This document shows, piece by piece, positions 37,352 through 47,651 of a stretch of DNA of 64,000 nucleotides (position 1 is its first letter; each line of letters begins with the position of its first letter). Under the pieces are notes generated by a model that was not told the DNA's origin, did no database searches, and worked only from the letters and a program-made list of their open reading frames with translations. The DNA is from an uncultured archaeon (GTDB lineage: Archaea; Altiarchaeota; Altiarchaeia; IMC4; QMZM01): contig CAZJVE010000004.1 of assembly GCA_964549685.1 (NCBI GenBank), positions 1 through 64,000 on the forward strand, read 5' to 3'. The translations under genes and the position numbers were made by a program.

Positions 37352-39814
37352 ATGGCAAAGAAATCAAAATCTAAAGACTTAGAAGCGCTGATACCTGCTT
37401 CCAGAGCTAAGAAAACAAAAAAAGTCAAGGAGTCCGAAGTAAAGGATTACGGAAAAGTCGCTGACATTTTGGATATGACAAAGGACTATCTTGCAGAGGT
37501 AGAGACGGAAAAGCAGAAAGTAGGGGCGGAGATGAGGAAAATAATGAAGGAAAGAGGGGAACTGAGAGATGAATGGAAGAACATAAAAGAAACCAGGGAG
37601 GAGGTAGAAAAAGCCAAGGAAGATCTGGAGAATGTTCTGAAGACAAAGGCCAAGAAAGTGGCAAAGGCCCTGCCAAAGGCCGTGGCAAAAAGTCAGGCAT
37701 TGAGCACGCTTATTCCTGTAACTGGCCCCAAAGAAGGCAAAGGACCAAAGGGCGATGCTGGAAGCCTTCTGGGATTGGCCAAGACGTACCTTGCAGAGGT
37801 TGAGAAGGAAACCCGTGAGATAGAGGTCATGAGGGGGGAGGTGGAGAAGGAGGCTGCCAAGGTCGAAAAGGAGTGGGATAAAATACAGAAATCACGGGAA
37901 GATATAGAAAAGCTCTTAGAGAAGAAGGAGCAGGACGAGAAGGAGATAGACCGGCGCAGGATTGAGGTCGAGAAGGAATTCGCCAAGATAGCCAACGAAT
38001 GGGAGAAGATAGAGGGGATTCAAAATGATACGGATTCCCACCGCGACAAGCTCGACCAGGAATTCATCAAGGTTGGGAAGGAATGGACTGAAATCAGGAA
38101 GAACAAGGCTCACCTGGAGAAGGAGCTCCAGAAGAAGAACCTCGACATGGACGAGGTTGACAGGCAGAGGTCAGAAATCGACGGGGGCCTGAAAAAGATA
38201 GGCCACGAGTGGGGCAAGCTGGAGGAGACGAGGAATTCTATAGAGAAGCAATCAACCGAGCTGGATAGGGAATTCGGCAAGCTCAAGGAGGAATGGAGCA
38301 ATCTCAGGAAAAGCCAGGCTGAACTGAGCGAGGCAATGAAGAAGAGCGAGGTCGACCAGGAGAAGATAGCTCATCAGAGAGAGATAATCACGGAGGAGAT
38401 GAAGAAGATAAACGGAGAATGGAGCAAGATAGACGAGGCTAGGAAAGAGATGGAAGAGCACCGAACCAGCATTGCCCATGACTTGAAGAAGATAGATGAA
38501 GGCAAGGCGGAGCTTGAGGAGTACATGAAGAACAGAGAGGCCAGTAACAAGGAACTCGAAGAACAAAAATCCTCCCTAAAATCCGAACTCTCAAAAATCA
38601 CCGAAGAATGGTCGCAATTGCGCGAGAATCAGGCAAAGCTGGAAGAAACCCTCAGCAGCACTTCCGAATTCAACAAGAACGTTGAGGAGCAGAAGAGGCA
38701 CATAGAAAAAGAGCTGAGGAAGATAGACGACGAGTGGAGGAAGATAGACGAGATTAACAAGAGAAGAGAAATCGACAAGAGGGCAATCGAGCAGCAGAAT
38801 AAGGAGATAGAGGCCGGGCTGAGGAAGATGGGCGAGGAATGGAGCAGCATAGAGGAGCACAAGAAGAAGATTGAGGATGACCGGAAGACCGTTGACCTGG
38901 ATCTGGCCAAGGTAAGAATAGAATGGGACAAGCTGAAGGACGGAGAGAAAGAGTTCGATGAGAGAATGGCCCAAATCGAGGAGGAAGACAGAAAGAGGGG
39001 TTCCGAGAGGGACGAACTCGTCAAGCTCAGAAGGAAAATCGACGAAGACCTTGGCAGGATAAAGCTGGAGTGGGACAGGATAGAACTGACACAGAAGGAC
39101 ATACAAAGGGAAAGGGACGACATGACCGAGGAATTAAACAAGATAGAGTCCGAGTGGCAGAAGATTCAATCTGCAGAGGAGGACCTCAGCATAGAACTCG
39201 GCAAAGGAAAGATAGACCGGCAGATGGTAGAGAACATTATGAAGAAGATAGACCGGGAGTTCAAGAAGGTACACAAGGACCTGGCCAAGGCCAAGAAGGA
39301 CAAAACCAGGATAGACAAGCAGAGAAAGGCCATCACTGGCGAACTGAAGAAGATTGCCGAGATATGTGAAGGGGTCGCAGAGGAGGGCGAGAAGGCCATA
39401 AAAAGAATTCCCAGGGAGATAAAGATTCCGCTACAACCAAGCAGGGATATGGAGCTTCTTGAAAAAGAGAGGGGCAAGCTAAAGGCCGAGTGGGACAGGA
39501 TAGAGTCCGAGTGGGACAAGCTGGAGAGCGTCCTCTACGAGTCCGGCGTTGAGGAGATGATGCATGACGTGAAGCTCAAGCAGGCGGGGCTTGAGAAGGA
39601 GAAGAAGGAGATTCTTGCAAAGGAGGAGAGACTAAAGTCGTTCATCGAGGAGGACGAGTTCGAGATAGAGAAGAAAAAGAAGGAGCTTGAGCTACTGCTT
39701 CTGGAGGACGAAAAGAGGCTCAGGGAGAGGGAGAAGGAGTTGCTAAAGGAAGAAAAAAAGCTCAGGGGCAAATACTCGGACATGAGGCAACTCTTCAAAA
39801 AAGGAACAAGGTGA
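37352..39814 (+). CDS. Long coiled-coil protein (820 aa) with periodic EW repeats
   Basis: Continuous heptads rich in E/K; Trp spaced at multiples of 7; 2-bp gap after parA. Confidence 0.85.
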   Translation: MAKKSKSKDLEALIPASRAKKTKKVKESEVKDYGKVADILDMTKDYLAEVETEKQKVGAEMRKIMKERGELRDEWKNIKETREEVEKAKEDLENVLKTKAKKVAKALPKAVAKSQALSTLIPVTGPKEGKGPKGDAGSLLGLAKTYLAEVEKETREIEVMRGEVEKEAAKVEKEWDKIQKSREDIEKLLEKKEQDEKEIDRRRIEVEKEFAKIANEWEKIEGIQNDTDSHRDKLDQEFIKVGKEWTEIRKNKAHLEKELQKKNLDMDEVDRQRSEIDGGLKKIGHEWGKLEETRNSIEKQSTELDREFGKLKEEWSNLRKSQAELSEAMKKSEVDQEKIAHQREIITEEMKKINGEWSKIDEARKEMEEHRTSIAHDLKKIDEGKAELEEYMKNREASNKELEEQKSSLKSELSKITEEWSQLRENQAKLEETLSSTSEFNKNVEEQKRHIEKELRKIDDEWRKIDEINKRREIDKRAIEQQNKEIEAGLRKMGEEWSSIEEHKKKIEDDRKTVDLDLAKVRIEWDKLKDGEKEFDERMAQIEEEDRKRGSERDELVKLRRKIDEDLGRIKLEWDRIELTQKDIQRERDDMTEELNKIESEWQKIQSAEEDLSIELGKGKIDRQMVENIMKKIDREFKKVHKDLAKAKKDKTRIDKQRKAITGELKKIAEICEGVAEEGEKAIKRIPREIKIPLQPSRDMELLEKERGKLKAEWDRIESEWDKLESVLYESGVEEMMHDVKLKQAGLEKEKKEILAKEERLKSFIEEDEFEIEKKKKELELLLLEDEKRLREREKELLKEEKKLRGKYSDMRQLFKKGTR

Positions 39815-39815
39815 G

Positions 39816-40058
39816 ATGGTCGAAGAACTGAAGAAAAAAATCGATGAGACGAAGGCAGAGGTCCAGGAGAGCTGGAGGCGAATCGATGAGCTCGGGAAGG
39901 GAACACCGCAATCACTGCCAAAGCCCAAGGAGCAAAAGAAGCTCGAGGACAAGAGCAACGTAAGCCCGCTGAAGAGGGCGATGACAAAGGTGGGCCTCAA
40001 GAAAGACGGAGATAAGGAAGGCGGCGACTGGACCAGGGTGAAGAGTAACATTGACTGA
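39816..40058 (+). CDS. Small hypothetical protein (80 aa), coiled-coil N-terminus
   Basis: 1-bp gap after the coiled-coil gene, with GGTGA upstream; ESWRRIDE resembles the EW repeat. Confidence 0.7.
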   Translation: MVEELKKKIDETKAEVQESWRRIDELGKGTPQSLPKPKEQKKLEDKSNVSPLKRAMTKVGLKKDGDKEGGDWTRVKSNID

Positions 40059-40094
40059 TTGCTTTTTTACCCCCTAAATCTACTATCTAATCCT

Positions 40095-41218
<1,124 letters not shown>

Positions 41219-41245
41219 ATAAGCAATCGAATAAATAACTGCAAA

Positions 41246-41755
41246 ATGGAAAGAGTCAATCTAGGCATCGTTGCCTCAGAATTCAACTACGACATAACTT
41301 ATGCCATGGTGCAGCTTGCAATGGAGCACGCAAGGTTTCTCGGAGCAGAAGTCGTTAAGATAATAAAGGTTCCCGGCGTCTTTGACACGCCGCTCGCAGT
41401 CAAAAAGCTGATGCAGATGCCGGACATAGACTGCGCAGTCGTTCTCGGTGCAGTAATAGAAGGGCAGACAGAACACGACGAAATCGTTGCCCAGCACGCA
41501 TCCAGAAAGATTGCAGACCTCGCGCTTGACTACGGCAAGCCGGTCGGTCTCGGAATCTCAGGCCCTGGGATGAGCAGGCTCGAGGCACATAAGAGGGTGG
41601 AATACGCCCGGCGCGCAGTAGAAGCAGCGGTAAAGATGTGCAGGGCCCTCGGCGACAGCGAAACAGGAGAAACGCACCTCAGTAGCGTAGGCGGCTTTGA
41701 AGACTCCGATTCTGAGACAAGTTCCGTCTTCAAGGACTTTATGGAGATGGGCTAG
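41246..41755 (+). CDS. ribH: 6,7-dimethyl-8-ribityllumazine synthase
   Basis: SEFNYDIT, VPGVFDTP, GAVIEGQTEHD, GISGPG; acidic C-terminal extension. Confidence 0.95.
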   Translation: MERVNLGIVASEFNYDITYAMVQLAMEHARFLGAEVVKIIKVPGVFDTPLAVKKLMQMPDIDCAVVLGAVIEGQTEHDEIVAQHASRKIADLALDYGKPVGLGISGPGMSRLEAHKRVEYARRAVEAAVKMCRALGDSETGETHLSSVGGFEDSDSETSSVFKDFMEMG

Positions 41756-42090
41756 TAAAGCTTCAGCTCCCCAGTAACCTTATCTATTTCTTCCTCTGGA
41801 GCAGGACCTATCCCGACACAAGTCTTCGTCCCTGCCGGAATCTCCGTCTTCCCTTGATCCTGAATCAGATCGGTCGGCAGGCCCGAATCCTTCGCATCCA
41901 TAAAAACCTCAATCAGCTCCTTCTCGTTCTCCACCTTCAGCACGGACTTCTTCTGCCCCTGCCTGAGCCAGTCTTTTTTCCACTCACTCTTGTCTGCTGC
42001 AGAAACGGAGGCATGAGCCACCTGTGCAGACAGCTTCCCCTTGCTCAGATTCAAGTCCTTCCTTGCCACAATGACCTGCTTCAGCTCCAT
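41752..42090 (-). CDS. pth2: Peptidyl-tRNA hydrolase Pth2
   Basis: KQVIVARKDL..SKGK..AQVAHA, QDQGKTEI, GIGP, DKVTGELKL. Confidence 0.95.
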   Translation of the reverse strand: MELKQVIVARKDLNLSKGKLSAQVAHASVSAADKSEWKKDWLRQGQKKSVLKVENEKELIEVFMDAKDSGLPTDLIQDQGKTEIPAGTKTCVGIGPAPEEEIDKVTGELKLY

Positions 42091-42120
42091 TAGTTAAATA
42101 TTCCATTCCAATAGTTTAAT

Positions 42121-43080
42121 ATGTCGAAGGAGTTATGGGTGAGGGCAGACGGCACCGATTCCTGGGAGGAGAGAAAAGAACTCGTAAAGACGGCGCTGGA
42201 GAGCGGAGCCCAGGCAGTTCTTGTTAATGCAGGCGAGGAGAAGCTTGTAAGGGAACTGGGAAAGATAAAGGTAGTTTCAGATGGGGGAGATTCAGACATA
42301 TTTCTTACTAATGATATTAAAAAAATAAAAAAATCCACTGCGTTCTACTGTGAGATTAAGAGCAAGGAGGACGAGCGCCTCATAGCCGAGGCGGGCAAAG
42401 CCGCGGCTTATGTCATAATCAATGCCAAGGACTGGAAGGTCATTCCCCTCGAGAACCTGATTGCCGAGCTGAAGGGCAAGTGCAGTATTCTGGCCGAGGC
42501 AGGCACAGAAAACGAGGCCCGCCTGGCCCTGGAAACCCTTGAGATAGGCACCGATGGAGTTCTTGCCAGCGCAGATTTCCAGGAAGTCAGGAAGATAAAG
42601 AACCTCATAGACTCCCTTTCGGCTGAGAAGCTGCAGCTGAGGACAGTGAAGGTCACTGCCGCTGAGCCGTCGGGAGAGCACGACAGCGCGTCCATCGACA
42701 CCTGCTCAATCCTTAACCTCGGCGAAGGCCTTCTGGCAGATAACATCCTAGTCCACTCAGACACGGAGAAAATCCCCTGGATGGAACCGACGCCGTTCAG
42801 GATAAATTTAGGTATTAATTCGAAAATTAAAATTCCTGATGGAATTAAATCAGTGAAGGAATTAAAGCCAGGAGACGAAATTCTTTCTGCTAATTTCGAG
42901 GGCAGGACACGGAGGCTCGTAGTCAATGAAATAATCTCCTCAAAGAAGAAGATGCTGAAGGTCAGCGCCGATAAATCCGAGCTAGTTATCCCAGACGACT
43001 CGGCCCTTGTTGGAAGAAAAGGGAAAAAGATTCCCGCCGGAAAACTGAAGCCCGGAGATGAGATATCTATTTCTCAATAA
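42121..43080 (+). CDS. 3-dehydroquinate synthase II homolog, intact N-domain but degenerate C-domain
   Basis: DWKVIPLENLIA, ALETLEIGTDGV conserved; C-domain motifs eroded (HDSASIDT, PFRINLG; no LQNAETIRL, no RHFG). Confidence 0.8.
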   Translation: MSKELWVRADGTDSWEERKELVKTALESGAQAVLVNAGEEKLVRELGKIKVVSDGGDSDIFLTNDIKKIKKSTAFYCEIKSKEDERLIAEAGKAAAYVIINAKDWKVIPLENLIAELKGKCSILAEAGTENEARLALETLEIGTDGVLASADFQEVRKIKNLIDSLSAEKLQLRTVKVTAAEPSGEHDSASIDTCSILNLGEGLLADNILVHSDTEKIPWMEPTPFRINLGINSKIKIPDGIKSVKELKPGDEILSANFEGRTRRLVVNEIISSKKKMLKVSADKSELVIPDDSALVGRKGKKIPAGKLKPGDEISISQ

Positions 43081-43615
43081 TCGTCTCTTCGACGGCCATT
43101 CCGAAGTGCCGGCCCATTCCTTCTTTATCCACCAGGGCAAGAACCTTATCTCCAGATTTCAGATTGACCACCGAGACCGCTTTGCCATCCTCCGTCACGA
43201 GCCTGATTGTCTCGGCATTCTGCAGGAATGAATGGAATTCCACCTCCCCGCACTTCGCCTCAACAAGGAGAAACGGCCTCGTTTCTATCTTCGACCTGAC
43301 CACCTTCACCTCTCTTTCCTTCCCTTTGGAATCCACCGCGAGGAGGGGGTCGCCGCCCTTAAGCTCGACCAGGTAGCGCGTCTTCCCTCCTGGGACTAGG
43401 ACATAGGCAGATACAGGCCCTGCATTTACTCTGAATGGCCTAGTCTCAACATACGGATTCTCAACAGTTTCAGAATGAATGAGAAACATACCTCTCGACA
43501 GAGAGCCGATAAGCATACCCTCGCCCAGCTTCAGCTCGGTGTCGGTGTCTATACAGACCCTGTCCCCCGAGCCGACCTCTTCAATCTTCGTTATCTCAAC
43601 AAGAGAGAGTTCCAT
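43067..43615 (-). CDS. Stand-alone C-terminal domain of 3-dehydroquinate synthase II
   Basis: GDRVCIDT, GEGMLIGS, RPFRVNAG, LQNAETIRLV, GRHFGM..EETIIEK. Confidence 0.9.
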   Translation of the reverse strand: MELSLVEITKIEEVGSGDRVCIDTDTELKLGEGMLIGSLSRGMFLIHSETVENPYVETRPFRVNAGPVSAYVLVPGGKTRYLVELKGGDPLLAVDSKGKEREVKVVRSKIETRPFLLVEAKCGEVEFHSFLQNAETIRLVTEDGKAVSVVNLKSGDKVLALVDKEGMGRHFGMAVEETIIEK

Positions 43616-43618
43616 ACT

Positions 43619-44488
43619 TTATCCTCTGGAAACGTAGTAGATTCCAGACAGGGTGACGATGACAACCAAGATGAGACCAATCCATAGCGTGGAATCATCT
43701 CCTGCTGCCTGCGGTACGGTCGTCCCTGTCCCAGACACGGTCGTCTCCGTCCCAGGCACTGTTGTAATTTCCTCGCCACCTTCATAACCTGATAGCGTGT
43801 CCCTCAGACCCTCGACCTCGCCAAGGGCGCCGCCGGACGGGTCCGAGTCTGTAAGCCTCATATCAAGGTCCGAGAGCATCCACTCTATCTTCTGGATGGA
43901 CGCATCCAGTGCATCAGAATCCTCCGTGCTGTTCTTCAGGTTCGAGAATTCCTCCTTGAGTTTGTCGAATTCCTCCTTGAGGGACTCCCTGCTTCTCCCT
44001 GACTGGTTCAGCTTCTTACCTATGCTGTTCAGCTTTGTTATAACGTCCCTTATCTCATCGGAGCACTCTGTTATTGCACCGCCGTAATCAGAACTTTTCA
44101 CGCAGCCCACTTCTGCTTCCCACTCCATGCCTATGGGGCAAACGCACGCTGAATCATCCTTCACCCACTCACCCTCTTTTATTCTGCACCAGTTCGTGCA
44201 GCCCTCGTCTCCCTCACCAAGGCAGTCGCAGCCAAGGCCTTCCCATATCTCTTCCTCAGCAGAATATCGCAGGCACGCCCACTGACAAACAGTTCTGTTC
44301 TCCTCCGCAAGGCCGACCATGTACCAGGTGCCGTTGGGCATCGGGTTTCGATGTCTGTCATCCCCTGCAAAGTAGTACTTACACTCCCCTGTTTCAGGGC
44401 TTGCTATGTGTGTTGGAGGCAGGTATCCGGCAGCAGCCCCCATAACTATAAACATCCCAACAATAACCAAAATATTTTTAGTTTTCAT
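43619..44488 (-). CDS. Secreted Cys-rich/coiled-coil protein with C-terminal TM anchor
   Basis: Signal peptide, Cys-rich segment, ETTV repeats, terminal TM helix. Confidence 0.7.
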   Translation of the reverse strand: MKTKNILVIVGMFIVMGAAAGYLPPTHIASPETGECKYYFAGDDRHRNPMPNGTWYMVGLAEENRTVCQWACLRYSAEEEIWEGLGCDCLGEGDEGCTNWCRIKEGEWVKDDSACVCPIGMEWEAEVGCVKSSDYGGAITECSDEIRDVITKLNSIGKKLNQSGRSRESLKEEFDKLKEEFSNLKNSTEDSDALDASIQKIEWMLSDLDMRLTDSDPSGGALGEVEGLRDTLSGYEGGEEITTVPGTETTVSGTGTTVPQAAGDDSTLWIGLILVVIVTLSGIYYVSRG

Positions 44489-44579
44489 TTTAACTATAAC
44501 TATTAGGATTAAGCTTTTTTATTTATTTAACAGGATTAAGCCCTTATTTATTTAACCTGAATCCATTATAGAGACTAAT

Positions 44580-44936
44580 ATGTTTAGAGGCAAAACAAAG
44601 AAGTCCAGGAACTGGAGAAGGTACGAGGCAGGCAGAGTGTCTTCCGACACCACTGTAGGGGAGAGGAAGGCAAAGAACATAAGGGTCAGGGGGGGGAAGG
44701 AGAAGGTAAGACTCGTTGCCGATAATTATGCTCATGTAATCATCGACAAGAAGCCCGTGAAATGCGAAATTCTGTCGGTTGCCGAGAATTCTGCCAACAA
44801 GGACTTCACTCGGAGGAACATAATCACGAAGGGAGCAATTCTGAAGGCAAAGACACCTGAAGGGAAGGAGATTCAGATAAAGGTCACCTCGAGGCCGGGA
44901 CAGGACGGCCTGCTAAACGCAGTTTCTCTTTTGTGA
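44580..44936 (+). CDS. rps8e: 30S ribosomal protein S8e
   Basis: RVRGG, ENSANKDFTRRNIITKGAI, VTSRPGQDG. Confidence 0.95.
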   Translation: MFRGKTKKSRNWRRYEAGRVSSDTTVGERKAKNIRVRGGKEKVRLVADNYAHVIIDKKPVKCEILSVAENSANKDFTRRNIITKGAILKAKTPEGKEIQIKVTSRPGQDGLLNAVSLL

Positions 44937-44938
44937 GC

Positions 44939-44966
44939 GTCTGGTTAGCATATGCTAAAGCCAGAC
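44939..44966. promoter_or_regulatory. Inverted repeat GTCTGG-TTAGCATATGCTAA-AG-CCAGAC between rps8e and leuA
   Basis: Perfect 14-bp palindrome (44945-44958) inside 6-bp outer arms; terminator or operator not distinguishable. Confidence 0.5.
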
Positions 44967-45015
44967 CAATAGTTAACTAATACTAAATTTATTACGCTAA
45001 CAACCTTACACGAAA

Positions 45016-46503
45016 ATGGCGAGGAAAATAAAGGTATTCGACACGACGCTGAGGGACGGAGAACAAACTCCCGGAGTGGCACTGACCATAGACAACAAGA
45101 TTCAGATAGCCCAGGCCCTGGCCGAAATGGGAGTCGACATAATCGAGGCCGGCTTTCCCATGAACTCGGAGCTTGAATTTCAAGCTGTCAAGAAAATTGC
45201 AAAGGAAATCGACACGACGGTATGCGGGCTTGCAAGAGCGCTGCAGTCTGACATAGACTCGTGCATTAAAGCCGATGTAAATCTTGTCCATACATTCATC
45301 TCAACCTCGCCGCAGCATCTGAAGTATCAGATGAACAAAAGTGAGGATGAAGTCTATGAAATGGCGGTAAAGGCAGTGGAATATGTCGTCGACCACGGCC
45401 TGCCGTGCCTTTTCTCTCCGATGGATGCAAGCAGAAGCGACCTCCCCTACCTGATAAGGGTATGCAAGGGCGTGGAAGAAGCAGGAGCGGAGGTAATAAA
45501 CGTTCCCGATACCGTGGGAGTGATGTATCCTTCCCAAATGAAGGAATTCATTGCGAAGATTCGCAAGGAAATCAAAATCGACCTGGACGTCCACTGCCAC
45601 AACGACTTCGGGATGGCGGTGGCCAACACCCTTGCAGCAGTCGAGGCGGGCTGTAACCAGGTTCAAGTCGCAGTAAACGGCCTCGGGGAGAGGGCAGGAA
45701 ACGCGGACCTAGAGCAAGTCATTATGGCACTGGAGGTTCTCTACAAGACAAAGACCAACATAAAGACCGGGAACATATACCGGACGAGCAAGCTTGTTGA
45801 AAGGCTGACTGGCGTGAGAGTGATGCCCAACTTCCCGATAGTCGGGGAGAACGCATTTGCCCATGAGTCAGGAATTCATGTTCATGCAATCCTGAAGAAG
45901 GCCGAGACCTTTGAGCCCCTGAAGCCAGAGATGGTCGGCGCAAGGAGAAGGTTCGTCATTGGAAAGCACGTTGGAGTCCATGGTATAGACGCGAAGCTGA
46001 AGGAGATTAACCTGGAGGTCAACAAGGAGCAGCTGAAGGACATAACTCAGAAGGTCAAAGATTTGGGCAGCATGGGCAAGAAGGTATTCGAAGAGGACCT
46101 TGTTGCAATAGCGGAGGATGTCATAGGCAAGGTCCCGGACAAGGACGTCATAGTCGAGCTGAAGGACATGAAGCTGAGCGCAGAACTCGGAAAGGAGCCC
46201 GTAGCAACGGTGGTACTCAGTGTAAGGGGCAAGGAGAAGAAGGCCACCGAGGAGGGCGTAGGCCCTGTAGATGCAACCCTGAGCGCAATCAGAAGTGCAG
46301 TCGGCGAGAAGAACATAACTCTGGATGAATTCCACCTTGACGCAATCACGGGGGGTTCTGACGCCCTTGCTGATGTGACTATAAAGGTATCCGACGGAAA
46401 GAAGACGACCATGGCGAGAGGAGTCCATGAAGACGTGGTCATGGCCGCGGTCATAGCCTTCATAAACGGCCTGAACAGGATTCTGAGACTAGAATCTAAA
46501 TAG
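45016..46503 (+). CDS. leuA: 2-isopropylmalate synthase
   Basis: DTTLRDGEQ, VHTFISTS, PDTVG, HCHNDFG, HESGIH, regulatory domain GVGPVDA/GGSDALA. Confidence 0.85.
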   Translation: MARKIKVFDTTLRDGEQTPGVALTIDNKIQIAQALAEMGVDIIEAGFPMNSELEFQAVKKIAKEIDTTVCGLARALQSDIDSCIKADVNLVHTFISTSPQHLKYQMNKSEDEVYEMAVKAVEYVVDHGLPCLFSPMDASRSDLPYLIRVCKGVEEAGAEVINVPDTVGVMYPSQMKEFIAKIRKEIKIDLDVHCHNDFGMAVANTLAAVEAGCNQVQVAVNGLGERAGNADLEQVIMALEVLYKTKTNIKTGNIYRTSKLVERLTGVRVMPNFPIVGENAFAHESGIHVHAILKKAETFEPLKPEMVGARRRFVIGKHVGVHGIDAKLKEINLEVNKEQLKDITQKVKDLGSMGKKVFEEDLVAIAEDVIGKVPDKDVIVELKDMKLSAELGKEPVATVVLSVRGKEKKATEEGVGPVDATLSAIRSAVGEKNITLDEFHLDAITGGSDALADVTIKVSDGKKTTMARGVHEDVVMAAVIAFINGLNRILRLESK

Positions 46504-46550
46504 TATATATAGTCCCCCGATTTATAACTTCTTATCTATATCGATAAGAG

Positions 46551-47633
46551 TTGGACACCAAAAATATACAAAAAGTTCTGCTGCTCTTCCTCCTTGTTTA
46601 TGTATTTCTTGTCAGCATAAAGCTGATGGGCGCATCCTTCCAGCTATTTGGCAAGGACTTCGCCGAATTTCTCATTGCAACCACCTCAGACCCGCTAACC
46701 GGCCTGCTTATCGGCATTGCTGCAACCTCGATAATCCAGAGTTCCTCTACTACGACATCAATCGTCGTCGGGTTGGTTGCAGGGGGAGGCCTTCCACTGA
46801 GTGGTGCAATCCCCATCATAATGGGCGCCAACATCGGGACAACGGTAACCAACATAATCGTCTCCATGATGCACGTCACAAGAAAGCAAGAGTTCGAGAG
46901 GGCATTCTCCGGAGCGGTTGTCCACGACTTCTTCAATGTCTTTGCGGTAATACTCCTCTTCCCACTCGAGATGGCTACCCACATCCTGGAGAATTCCGCA
47001 ACATTCCTTTCGAATGCATTTGTTGGGGTGGGCGGGATGACCTTTATGGGGCCGCTGGACTATCTTGTGAAGCCCGTTGTTGAATCCATAGAGGACCTGA
47101 CAGGCAGTTCACCCGATATAATGCTTGTCCTGTCTCTAATCATGCTATTCCTCGCCCTGAAGTTTATGGTCGATACATCCCGCTCCCTGATGATGACCAA
47201 GTTCGAGGTGCTGATTGACCAGTACCTCTTCAGGAATGCCTCCACGGCGTTCGTTCTTGGGATAATTCTCACTGCCCTGGTGCAAAGCAGTTCCGTAACC
47301 ACATCGATAATAATCCCTCTCGTAGGGGCCGGGCTTCTCACCGTCAGGAAGATATTCCCCTACACCCTCGGAGCAAACATAGGGACTACGATAACTGCCA
47401 TACTGGCTGCTCTTATCACCATGAACCCCATAGCCATCACGGTCGCCTTCAGCCACCTCCTCTTTAACATATTTGGAATAGTGCTAATCTATCCCCTTAG
47501 GGAGATACCCATACGACTCGCTATTGGTTTTGCAAAAATAGTAGCAAAGTCAAAGAAACACGCAATCCTCGTCTTGGCCATATACTTTTCACTTTTCGCT
47601 ATCCCCTTGATTTTTATCCTTGCATTTAAATAA
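46551..47633 (+). CDS. Na+/Pi cotransporter (NptA/SLC34 family)
   Basis: Two QSSS...GANIGTT repeats, multiple TMs. Confidence 0.9.
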   Translation: MDTKNIQKVLLLFLLVYVFLVSIKLMGASFQLFGKDFAEFLIATTSDPLTGLLIGIAATSIIQSSSTTTSIVVGLVAGGGLPLSGAIPIIMGANIGTTVTNIIVSMMHVTRKQEFERAFSGAVVHDFFNVFAVILLFPLEMATHILENSATFLSNAFVGVGGMTFMGPLDYLVKPVVESIEDLTGSSPDIMLVLSLIMLFLALKFMVDTSRSLMMTKFEVLIDQYLFRNASTAFVLGIILTALVQSSSVTTSIIIPLVGAGLLTVRKIFPYTLGANIGTTITAILAALITMNPIAITVAFSHLLFNIFGIVLIYPLREIPIRLAIGFAKIVAKSKKHAILVLAIYFSLFAIPLIFILAFK

Positions 47634-47651
47634 ATATGTTGCGTGGTGTAA

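Noticed and set aside
37352-39814. SMC/Rad50 assignment for the coiled-coil protein
   Set aside because: No Walker A/B, signature motif, hinge or CxxC hook
35633-39987. Long Ser/Phe/Leu-rich minus-strand ORFs (similar shadows at 53794-54216 and 54505-55467)
   Set aside because: Antisense shadows of real coding sequence, mostly E/K-rich
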